Shown here: one piece after another, positions 1-7,777 of the stretch
Numbering within the stretch: position 1 is the first letter of the stretch
Layout of the letters: each line of letters begins with the position of its first letter
Assembly (NCBI GenBank): GCA_045106415.1
Contig: JBGCEP010000011.1
Coordinates: 1 to 17,535, forward strand
Direction of reading: 5' to 3'
DNA: 17,535 bases
From: Oligoflexales bacterium
Lineage (GTDB): Bacteria; Bdellovibrionota_B; Oligoflexia; Oligoflexales; Bog-1112
Made by a program: the position numbers and the translations under genes
The notes under the pieces: generated by a model
The model's database searches: none
Seen by the model: only the letters and a program-made list of their open reading frames with translations
What the model was told of the DNA's origin: nothing

Positions 1-1
1 T

Positions 2-490
2 GGAATTGCACAAACTCCTGATCATATTCAACTATGGAAACTTCTCGCGCAATTATTTCAAGACCAACAAAGCACTGAAGACTTTATCAAATTCGCACAA
101 GATCAGGGTGCTTGGGTTGGCTTGTGCATTGCGGCTGAACACACTCAAGACCCAACAGTAAACCGTAGAGTCTGGCTTGAAAAACTGTATAAATCTGGTG
201 AACGCTCCATGGCTTTCTTAACTGAATACAGCGGCTGCCTTGGGTCTTGCGGACACTTTGACAGCATTCCTTCTGTCTTATGGGAAGCGCGACACCAAAA
301 AGAAGACACCCCATGGGAACTTGAATTGAATGGCCTTCAGGCCTACCTCTCCATGGAAAATGATAAAGAATTCCTAAAAGAATCTCCTGAGCTACTCAAG
401 CGCTCTGAGTTACCCGAAGACGTACGGACAATGATTATCAGCTGGCAAGAAGAATGCCGGGCAGAAGGGCTGCTTCATGCAGATCAATAG
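2..490 (+). CDS. Hypothetical protein, 5'-truncated by the window edge (probably helical)
   Basis: The frame of the listed 122..490 ORF is open back to position 2 (GIAQTPDHIQLWKLLAQLFQDQQSTEDFIKFAQ...), so the true start lies upstream. It overlaps the next gene by 14 bp (477-490). No recognisable motif. Confidence 0.7.
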   Translation, partial: GIAQTPDHIQLWKLLAQLFQDQQSTEDFIKFAQDQGAWVGLCIAAEHTQDPTVNRRVWLEKLYKSGERSMAFLTEYSGCLGSCGHFDSIPSVLWEARHQKEDTPWELELNGLQAYLSMENDKEFLKESPELLKRSELPEDVRTMIISWQEECRAEGLLHADQ

Positions 491-863
491 TGTTCACACA
501 CAAAACGCCTGCGCCCCTATCGGCCCTTATTCACAAGCAACCTGCCACGCTGAACTTATTTATTGCTCAGGGCAAATTGGCTTGAACTCCGAAGGAGAGC
601 TCCCAAGCTCTCTGGAAGCTCAGGCCAAACAAATTTTTGAAAATATTGAAGCCGTTCTAGTCGCAGCAGGCTCAGGAGTTGGGTCTATCTTACGTTGCGT
701 GATTTATCTAACAAACATGGCTGATTTTACCGAGGTTAACGCCCTTTACAAAGACTTTGTTAAAGAGCCATACCCTGCGCGTTCAACGATTGAAGTTAGC
801 CAGTTACCAAAAGGCGCACTGATAGAAATTGAAGTCACAGCATGCAAACGAATGTTTACTTAG
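477..863 (+). CDS. ridA: RidA/YjgF/YER057c/UK114-family reactive intermediate (enamine/imine) deaminase
   Basis: 128 aa with APIGPYSQA, SGQIG, F..VN..Y, PYPARS (conserved catalytic Arg) and LPKGALIEIE. Confidence 0.93.
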   Translation: MQINSVHTQNACAPIGPYSQATCHAELIYCSGQIGLNSEGELPSSLEAQAKQIFENIEAVLVAAGSGVGSILRCVIYLTNMADFTEVNALYKDFVKEPYPARSTIEVSQLPKGALIEIEVTACKRMFT

Positions 864-891
864 GTAAAAATTTCCATAATTAAAGAGAGGA

Positions 892-930
892 CTTGGCTCA
901 GTATCATGCCCATGATACTCTAAAGCCAAG
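892..930. promoter_or_regulatory. Intergenic inverted repeat (operator-like palindrome or hairpin)
   Basis: AGTATCATG-CC-CATGATACT (900-919) nested within CTTGGCT (892-898) / AGCCAAG (924-930). It ends 23 nt upstream of the 954 ATG and has no U-tract. Confidence 0.5.
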
Positions 931-953
931 GGCGGATAAGTCCGGAGATTCTC

Positions 954-1424
954 ATGAGTCCAGCAAACATGACTCACATTTATATCAGAAGAATTTTATG
1001 GTTGTTCGCAACAGCCTTAAGCTTCGCGTATTTAAATAGTCCCATTGTGGCTCGACTAAGAGACGCACCGACCACGGTTTTCGTTGAAATTGCCGGTGAA
1101 AATTATGGGCATTTTGAAAGTATCGCAGGCTTAGAGGATCTTGTTGGGCAAGCATCTAAGAATGGTTATACCACGGTGAGCCTCAAAAGAGACTTCGTCA
1201 CCGAGCGCTCACTTTCAAACTGGGCAGCAACCACAAATAAATTACGACGAGGCCCTCAAGACGTTCATCTCATTAAGAAGAGCGAAGACGGTCAAATTAT
1301 ACGACGCTATGTCTTGCGGTTATCACACCCGCTGTCCTGGAGCGTCGAACAAGATGCTGACACTGCTCCAGGAGGGTACCATGAAAAAGTTGAGCTCGCT
1401 GTCCAGGAAGTTACGATTCGCTAA
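954..1424 (+). CDS. Phage tail tube protein-like (T4 gp19 / CIS Afp1-type fold) with N-terminal signal or TM helix
   Basis: Residues ~41-156 follow the gp19-like pattern FVEIxG..F..IxGL / Y..V.LKR....L..W / DVxLI...EDG..I.RY.L....P.SWS / E.VELAV.E. The N-terminus RRILWLFATALSFAYL is hydrophobic. GGAG RBS upstream. Confidence 0.75.
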   Translation: MSPANMTHIYIRRILWLFATALSFAYLNSPIVARLRDAPTTVFVEIAGENYGHFESIAGLEDLVGQASKNGYTTVSLKRDFVTERSLSNWAATTNKLRRGPQDVHLIKKSEDGQIIRRYVLRLSHPLSWSVEQDADTAPGGYHEKVELAVQEVTIR

Positions 1425-2622
1425 GTCCTTTGGACTCCCTACGATATTGTTCTGCACCATCGGTTGTGTCCGTCAAAACTCCCAAGAAGACGACGAAGAT
1501 TCTTGGAGCTATCAAAAACTTTTCAATCAGAGTGGTTACAAATTTGCCACTCTTATGTCCAACCCCTGCAAAGCATCAGAGCAACCAACGTGGCTCATTC
1601 ACACCCACACCCCCGCTGGTGTACAACGACTTCATATCGCTGTCGACACACAGGCTTCAACACAACTTCAAAACACTTTCATTCGTTTTGATCAAAATGA
1701 CGAACTCGACTCTATCAAAAATAAACTTTGCACTCCTGACAAACTGACCCTCGCACAAGCTGAACGTACTGTTCAAGGCTGGATACAAGCCCTAGCTCCT
1801 GACTGCCAGTGGAAACTTCAAGAAAACGGTTGGCACTGCGAGCTTCCAACCATCAAAAAAGACTTCGCAATGTCGGAACTTCAAAAGCTTCGTAAAAAAA
1901 TGCTCCGCTTTTGGAAACGCCCCGCATATTTACTTTCAAGAAGATTAGCGATGACTCGCCGTTGGGCAAGCGCTCAAAATGAACAGCAACTTTGCTCATT
2001 GACGAAAAACTCCTTGCCTGACGAACTCCCTCTAATCATGGCAAGTTCTGTTTGGCAAAATGCTGTTTGCAACCCCGACACCTCTGAACACAATAGAAAC
2101 ACACTTGTTGGTTTTGCACTTCGCAAATCAGTTCAAGAGATTGAACGCCTTTTAAGGGTAGTACAAACCAGCAATAAAACAGGATCTGTGCGTATTCAAT
2201 TTAAAAACGCACCAAGCCGAGATATTTTAGTCAAGCTCACCCCACAAGATACAGTCAACTCCACTCTATCCGAAAGCTTACGAGAGCTTCACCAACACCG
2301 AGCCTGTTGGCATCCTTTGTTTGGTTCAAAACTGCAAGAAGCACGTACCTTAGGTCTTATTGGACATCATTCAAAAGCAGTTTGCACAGCTCCTCAAGGA
2401 ATCCCTTACGTCGCTAGATCTATCCAAGGGGAAACAGAGTTTATTGTCACGAATGGTCGTTACAAAACCCTCGTTCTTCCAAAAGGAAGTTATCGCTACA
2501 CTCTGACAGCAATTCGGAAAGACAGACACCCTGAGCAACAGTTTGACTCAGGCGCTATAGAATGGAAGCGTAGAAGACCGCGACAGATTATTCACAATAC
2601 AACTTCAAATGCTAGACTGTGA
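1381..2622 (+). CDS. Putative Cys-rich lipoprotein of unknown function (413 aa)
   Basis: AGGAGG precedes the ATG at 1381, which is preferred over 1309. Basic n-region, hydrophobic h-region and lipobox TIG-C29, followed by 8 further Cys. Overlaps the tube-like gene by 44 bp. Confidence 0.65.
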   Translation: MKKLSSLSRKLRFAKSFGLPTILFCTIGCVRQNSQEDDEDSWSYQKLFNQSGYKFATLMSNPCKASEQPTWLIHTHTPAGVQRLHIAVDTQASTQLQNTFIRFDQNDELDSIKNKLCTPDKLTLAQAERTVQGWIQALAPDCQWKLQENGWHCELPTIKKDFAMSELQKLRKKMLRFWKRPAYLLSRRLAMTRRWASAQNEQQLCSLTKNSLPDELPLIMASSVWQNAVCNPDTSEHNRNTLVGFALRKSVQEIERLLRVVQTSNKTGSVRIQFKNAPSRDILVKLTPQDTVNSTLSESLRELHQHRACWHPLFGSKLQEARTLGLIGHHSKAVCTAPQGIPYVARSIQGETEFIVTNGRYKTLVLPKGSYRYTLTAIRKDRHPEQQFDSGAIEWKRRRPRQIIHNTTSNARL

Positions 2623-2658
2623 GCAGACTTCTTTTTGTTCCAACCGATGGGGCGACAC

Positions 2659-3048
2659 ATGAAAAACACCATCTACAAAATCATGATCATTGACGACGAT
2701 GACGATACACGAGACATCTTGTCGAAACACCTCTCAGAACTCTACCCTCAAAAACTGGATATCCACACCGAAGATAACGGAATTGACGGTTTGCGCATCT
2801 TGGCAGAAAAAAAATTTGACTTCATTCTCACAGATTTCCTTATGCCTAGTATGAATGGCATGGAAATCATTACTGATATTAGAACTGGCTCAACCTGTAA
2901 CCAAGCAACCCCTATCTTGTGCATCACAGGCCATTTGCCCATGATTGATGATAAAATCCCTGCGCACATCCTCACAAATACTGATTTTTTAGAAAAGCCA
3001 TATCAGCTTGAAGAATTTAAATCGCTCACACGGCAGTATCTTTTTTAA
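2659..3048 (+). CDS. Single-domain response regulator (CheY-like receiver)
   Basis: IMIIDDD acidic pocket, ILTDFLMPSMNG (phosphoacceptor Asp), ITG and FLEKPY. No output domain. The start at the MKNTIYK ATG (2659) is most plausible. Confidence 0.9.
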   Translation: MKNTIYKIMIIDDDDDTRDILSKHLSELYPQKLDIHTEDNGIDGLRILAEKKFDFILTDFLMPSMNGMEIITDIRTGSTCNQATPILCITGHLPMIDDKIPAHILTNTDFLEKPYQLEEFKSLTRQYLF

Positions 3049-3184
3049 AATAGAAAATCATAGAAAAAAAACCTATGAATTCAGCCTCTAAAACCTCTTC
3101 CAGAAAATAATCCTTACCCTCTCTTTATCAGCTCCGATAGAATTTTCAGCTTATCTACGCCGTCATTCATCGAGGTTCGACATT

Positions 3185-5458
3185 ATGTTTGAGGTTAAAA
3201 AACATCTTGGAATCATTATGGTTATACTACCCATAATTTCTTGCGGGCTCCGCTCACGAAAAAAAATCTCTGCACCCCTCCAAGAAAGCACATTCGTTCG
3301 CCAAGAAGAATCTATCAATGATGCCGACGCACAGGGACAATCCAGCGTGCAAAACCCTGGCGCTCTTCACACAGATACGATTCAAGCTCCAAACATTCAA
3401 GAAGGAAACAGCGAACTTAAAATCCCAAGCGTCTCAAAAGGAAACCCTTTCACATGTGAAGAAGAAAAAAGAACAGCGAGCCCAACTCCTCTTATTCGTT
3501 TAAATCAAAAAGAGTACCAACGTACGGTTTCAAGTTTATTTGGTGAATACCTTAGCGCATCACAAATCATGAATATTCTACAATCTATTCCAGCTGATAA
3601 TCGCAAAGGTTTTTTTCATAACCAAGATTTAAGTATCGCACTACCGACGATACAGGGGTATTTTAGCGCAGCTCATCAGATTGCTCTTATTTTAAGCCGG
3701 AACCAAGATTTTTCTGATGAAAACTTCCCGTGCACGACACTCAATGAAAACTGCATCAAAAGCTTCGGTTCCTCATTAGGAAAAAGAATTATCCGCAGAC
3801 CCTGGAGCCAAAAAGATACGGATAAATACTTCACTTTTATAAACTCTATCGACACAACAACGAAAGAAGAACAACTTTCAGCACTTCTTTCTGCTCTTTT
3901 ACAGACACCAGAGATGATCTATAAGGTTGAAATAGGGGACTCGGAACTCTCCGCTGGAGTTTACAAACTTCACGATTGGGAGCTGGCTCATCGTATTGCC
4001 TACACAGCTACAGGGTCTCTACCCACAACTCAAACATGGGAGCTCATTGAATCGGGAGAGTTGCAAGATCCAAAAGTTCTCAAAGATTGGATAGAAGATC
4101 TCTTTCAACAAACTTCAACACGTGAGCACATTGAGTCTTTTTATAGTCAGTGGCTCAGTTTTCACGAGCTTCCTTCTCCGGGATATACCAGTCGATTTCT
4201 AGGAGGACTTAGCGCCACAAACCTAGCTCGTGATGCACAGCAAGAACTACAAGCCCTCACAAACGACATGACCTGGACATCTTCTGGGTCTTACTCAGAC
4301 CTTCTAACGACAACAAAATCATTTGGCTCTTCAGACCTGCTCCAGGCGATTTATCAAAACAATTCCGAGCTTAATCCCACAGCTCAAACCCTGTCTGTCG
4401 ACACGTTTCAATTTAATGAAAATGGCCCCGAAGACATCATGGGGCAACGGCAATGGACACCTTACGGCAATCAAGCTCAAGCACAATTTTCCCTCAATTT
4501 CCAAAAAAACGACTCTATTCAAATCCAGGCTTATGGGCAGTCTCTCAACGGGGTTTCTCCAGTGATGACTGTCCAAATCCTTGACTCGAACCAATCTGAA
4601 TTATCTCAACAAAACATTGAGGTTTCTTCAGACTCAGCGAAATTATTCCCTCTTAATGTTCCCCCCACAGAAGGGGAAATCACTGTTGTTTTAGGAACAA
4701 ATAATGACGAAATCCAAAATGGAAATGATAGAAATCTTTGGATTTTAAACGCTCAAATCATAAATTCTTTGTCCACAAAAAAAGAATCCTCTACAACAAA
4801 AGCACGCAAAGGCATTCTGTCTCGCGTGGGTTTCTTATTAAGCGGTGATGACTCGACTCACCTTGTCCATCGAGGTGTCAAAATACGCCAAAGAGTGCTT
4901 TGTGAAAAAATGAATCCTCCTGCAGTGGATCCTGATACGCCAGATCTTTTTGATCCTCCTGCACCAAACGCTGAAAAGTCAACAAAGGACCAGATAGCAG
5001 AACGTACGTCAGCACCACAATGTGCAGCATGTCACACAAGAATCAACCCTATGGGGTTCGTCCTAGAAAGCTACGATGCAATAGGGAGACACCGAGATAT
5101 TGAAAGAATATTTTCGCCAAACGGTGTTCTTATTGCAGAACATCCCGTTGACACCACTGTCCATCCAAATATTTATGGCCCAAATGAAGCAGAGGTACAC
5201 AACGCAAATGAAATGAGTGACGCTATCGCTGAGTCCACCAAAGGTCCGGCTTGTATGAGTCTTCAATGGTTTGCATACACAAGACAAAGGGAAGCGACCG
5301 AAAATGACATCTGTGAGATGAAAGAATTCTACGACCAACTTCAAACCGACGATTCCACTTCTTACAGTCGTCAAAAACCAGCAACATTGCTCAATCTTTT
5401 ACAATCATCTTTTTTAACCGGGGCCTTTCAAACCCTTGTCAAAGCCCTAGAGGAGTAA
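3185..5458 (+). CDS. DUF1592-family lipoprotein (DUF1587-DUF1595-DUF1592-DUF1588-DUF1585 architecture) with a CxxCH motif and an inserted CBM-like domain
   Basis: Lipobox IIS-C20. Motifs PLIRLNQKEYQRTV, IIRRPW, LHDWELAHRIAY...P, RKGILS...VHRGVKIRQRVLC...PP, CAACHTRINPMGFVLESYDAIGRHR (CAACH at 5021-5035) and a C-terminal C...WFAY...RE...D.C. Confidence 0.88.
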   Translation: MFEVKKHLGIIMVILPIISCGLRSRKKISAPLQESTFVRQEESINDADAQGQSSVQNPGALHTDTIQAPNIQEGNSELKIPSVSKGNPFTCEEEKRTASPTPLIRLNQKEYQRTVSSLFGEYLSASQIMNILQSIPADNRKGFFHNQDLSIALPTIQGYFSAAHQIALILSRNQDFSDENFPCTTLNENCIKSFGSSLGKRIIRRPWSQKDTDKYFTFINSIDTTTKEEQLSALLSALLQTPEMIYKVEIGDSELSAGVYKLHDWELAHRIAYTATGSLPTTQTWELIESGELQDPKVLKDWIEDLFQQTSTREHIESFYSQWLSFHELPSPGYTSRFLGGLSATNLARDAQQELQALTNDMTWTSSGSYSDLLTTTKSFGSSDLLQAIYQNNSELNPTAQTLSVDTFQFNENGPEDIMGQRQWTPYGNQAQAQFSLNFQKNDSIQIQAYGQSLNGVSPVMTVQILDSNQSELSQQNIEVSSDSAKLFPLNVPPTEGEITVVLGTNNDEIQNGNDRNLWILNAQIINSLSTKKESSTTKARKGILSRVGFLLSGDDSTHLVHRGVKIRQRVLCEKMNPPAVDPDTPDLFDPPAPNAEKSTKDQIAERTSAPQCAACHTRINPMGFVLESYDAIGRHRDIERIFSPNGVLIAEHPVDTTVHPNIYGPNEAEVHNANEMSDAIAESTKGPACMSLQWFAYTRQREATENDICEMKEFYDQLQTDDSTSYSRQKPATLLNLLQSSFLTGAFQTLVKALEE

Positions 5459-5462
5459 GCTC

Positions 5463-6941
5463 ATGAAAACGCCAAAAAACTCTCGCCGCATGTTTCTAAA
5501 GCACACCTCTGGCCTCGTCGTTGGCATTCCTCTACTAAGCTCTTTATTTCAAAAACAAGCTTTCGCCGCAGCCGGCGGAGCCGATCGGTTTGTTTTTCTT
5601 CACAGCGGACACGGTCAGTTCGCAGATCAGTGGCTTCCAGACCCTTCTTCTTACAATTGGGCACAAAACAACACAAACGAACGCCGCGTTGATCTCACAG
5701 ATATAGCAGGACCAATCTCTCAAATTTTAGGAGCTGACTTTGATAGCCTCAGGGATAAACTCACACTTCTGAGTCGAATTGATTACTCTTCAGACGGACC
5801 TAATCACAATCCCGAAGCTCTTCTCACAGGTGGTATTTTAGGAGCTAATAATGCAGAAATCTCTATCGATCACGTCATAGCAGATAAAAAATACGGGAAA
5901 TCTCCACTCAATATCATTGTGAATTCCCACGCAACAGCAAACCCATCAAAATTTAACTGTAGTGTTAAAAACGCATCATATGCACAAGCTTATTACAGCC
6001 CTGCTGTCATTTTCAACCAAGTTTTCCAACTCAATGGAACCGCAGCCGAAAAGACTCCAGGAGCGGTCATCTCATCGAACCAACAAAAAAAGGTGATTGA
6101 CTTTGTTCTTGAAGAATATAAATCCCTAGAAAACAATTCAAGACTTTCAAAAGCTGATAAAGAACGCCTTCAAGAACATATTCAGCTCCTCAGTGAAGTT
6201 GAAGGAAAAATCAACGATAGTATTTCTTCTCCGCCACCCGCTTCCTGCAGCAATATACAAGGACCGACTTCGAGCCCGCTCAATACTGGAGATAGTGCCG
6301 ATTACGACATTGTATTGGATCAAGCTTTTGAAATCTTAGGAATTGCTGTTCGATGCGGTCAAGAACCTATTTCCACACTGATGTTTCATCCTTACGATTA
6401 TTTTCAGGGGAACCTCGATTTCTTAGGCCTAACTGGAGATTTTCACACAAGCGTCGGCCACGCCGATGAAGCACAATATAAGCCACAAAAGCTTAAATTA
6501 CAGCAGTATTACGCTCAAAAAATTGCAAAATTCCTTAGTGAGCTCAACACCGTAGAAAACACAACCACTGGAGATACTTATCTGGATAACTCCATTGTCT
6601 TTTGGGGAAACGACCAAGGAGCCGCCGATCGACCAGGGTATCACTCTGATCTTAACCTTCCTATTTTTATCGCAGGAGGAAAAGCCGCAGGGCTTCAAAC
6701 AGGACAATATATTGATTACGGCACCGCTATGAATGGACTTGTTTCAGCAAATTATCCATCTGCGCAGTTTGGAAGACCACTCAATCAAGTCCTCGTCACC
6801 ATTCTTCAAGGGATGGGCCTCACACCAAATGAGTACGAAGCCCCAGGTGGCGGATTCGGACACTACGGAGGGCGAACTGCTGTTTTTGAAACTAACGGAG
6901 CCGATGACCACAAGACTAGCCCACTCCCTTTTCTTAAATAA
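5463..6941 (+). CDS. DUF1552-family protein with Tat signal peptide
   Basis: SRRMFLK twin-Arg motif and AFA cleavage site. Motifs RFVF...HG...W.P, ISIDHVIA, LSKADKERLQEH...L.EVE, G.T.LDNSIVFWG, H...NLP...AGG...GL.TG.Y.DY and P.NQ.LVTILQ.MG. Lies 4 nt after the DUF1592 gene, its usual partner. Confidence 0.9.
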   Translation: MKTPKNSRRMFLKHTSGLVVGIPLLSSLFQKQAFAAAGGADRFVFLHSGHGQFADQWLPDPSSYNWAQNNTNERRVDLTDIAGPISQILGADFDSLRDKLTLLSRIDYSSDGPNHNPEALLTGGILGANNAEISIDHVIADKKYGKSPLNIIVNSHATANPSKFNCSVKNASYAQAYYSPAVIFNQVFQLNGTAAEKTPGAVISSNQQKKVIDFVLEEYKSLENNSRLSKADKERLQEHIQLLSEVEGKINDSISSPPPASCSNIQGPTSSPLNTGDSADYDIVLDQAFEILGIAVRCGQEPISTLMFHPYDYFQGNLDFLGLTGDFHTSVGHADEAQYKPQKLKLQQYYAQKIAKFLSELNTVENTTTGDTYLDNSIVFWGNDQGAADRPGYHSDLNLPIFIAGGKAAGLQTGQYIDYGTAMNGLVSANYPSAQFGRPLNQVLVTILQGMGLTPNEYEAPGGGFGHYGGRTAVFETNGADDHKTSPLPFLK

Positions 6942-6984
6942 ACTCCACATTGAACCACTGAAGGACTCAATATGAAGCTTCTCT

Positions 6985-7572
6985 TCACTTAGTAAAACAA
7001 TCTGTTCCGGTTCCAAGAACTCGAACTCTGGTCGCAGCTGTTTCTCCAGTATATGAAGAAGAATCAGACGGTGAAGCTCCAAAACACAGTTTAGACCCAT
7101 CGACATTATAAATCGTATAAAAAGTATTACCAACAACCTCTTCGTTCACTGTTCCATCATAATCAAAACCAATAACCCCTTGAGCCGTATCAAGAGTCCA
7201 GTCCGTTTGACCAAACGCTGAGCTTGCATTCATAGCTGTCACCATCTCCGCTGTATGAGGAGCTGCCGTGACCTCTGCCAAAACAAGGTCCAATGAAGTT
7301 GCGTTCTCAACAAAAGCGATATCACCATCAGCTGTGTAGCCATACTGATAACGATATGTCTGAACTTTTGTTGCACACGCCGCATCAGTGTATATAGAAA
7401 CACCCACAGTAAAGATATCTTCATCCACTTCAATAAATGATAACGACGAACTATCTCCATCAACCTCACAGGTCCCGCTCCAAGTTCCTACCAATTCATT
7501 TTCTTCTTCTTCCTCTCCACAAGCACCAAACGCTAAAACAAAAGCAGCAAGAAACATTGATTTCATTTTCAT
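6985..7572 (-). CDS. Acidic lipoprotein, possibly lipocalin-like beta-barrel
   Basis: ATG at 7572 with a GGAG RBS. Signal MKMKSMFLAAFVLAFGA-C, then an acidic tether, LVGTWSGTC and a beta-strand-rich sequence with four more Cys. Confidence 0.75.
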   Translation of the reverse strand: MKMKSMFLAAFVLAFGACGEEEEENELVGTWSGTCEVDGDSSSLSFIEVDEDIFTVGVSIYTDAACATKVQTYRYQYGYTADGDIAFVENATSLDLVLAEVTAAPHTAEMVTAMNASSAFGQTDWTLDTAQGVIGFDYDGTVNEEVVGNTFYTIYNVDGSKLCFGASPSDSSSYTGETAATRVRVLGTGTDCFTK

Positions 7573-7777
7573 AGCAATTTCTCCAAAAATAGTTGAAACA
7601 ACAATAAAACCAAAGGATAAGTTTTTTTTAAAAAAATCCCTAACCTTCAAAAACATTATTTTATCACGTAAAAACTCACCCCACTTGTATATTGACACGG
7701 CCAACAAGCGCAAACCAGTTGTCTCGACATCGCAAATCGTTGTATACAGTCCCTCTGGACAGATTCAGGGGGCCAAG

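Noticed and set aside
893..910. Possible sigma54 promoter (TGGC...TGC)
   Set aside because: The GG-to-GC spacing is 11 nt rather than the required 10.
1309..1380. Longer start for the lipoprotein ORF (1309)
   Set aside because: It would overlap the tube-like gene by 116 bp and bury the signal peptide. The ATG at 1381 has an AGGAGG RBS.
954..1424. Interpretation as a prophage or complete contractile injection system
   Set aside because: There are no other phage, sheath, baseplate or spike genes in the window.
7573..7713. N-terminal extension of the minus-strand lipoprotein
   Set aside because: The signal peptide and RBS point to the ATG at 7572.
7388..7777. 130-aa Ser-rich N-terminal extension of Ffh
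   Set aside because: It is the antisense shadow of the divergent lipoprotein gene plus intergenic DNA. Ffh homology starts at 7778.
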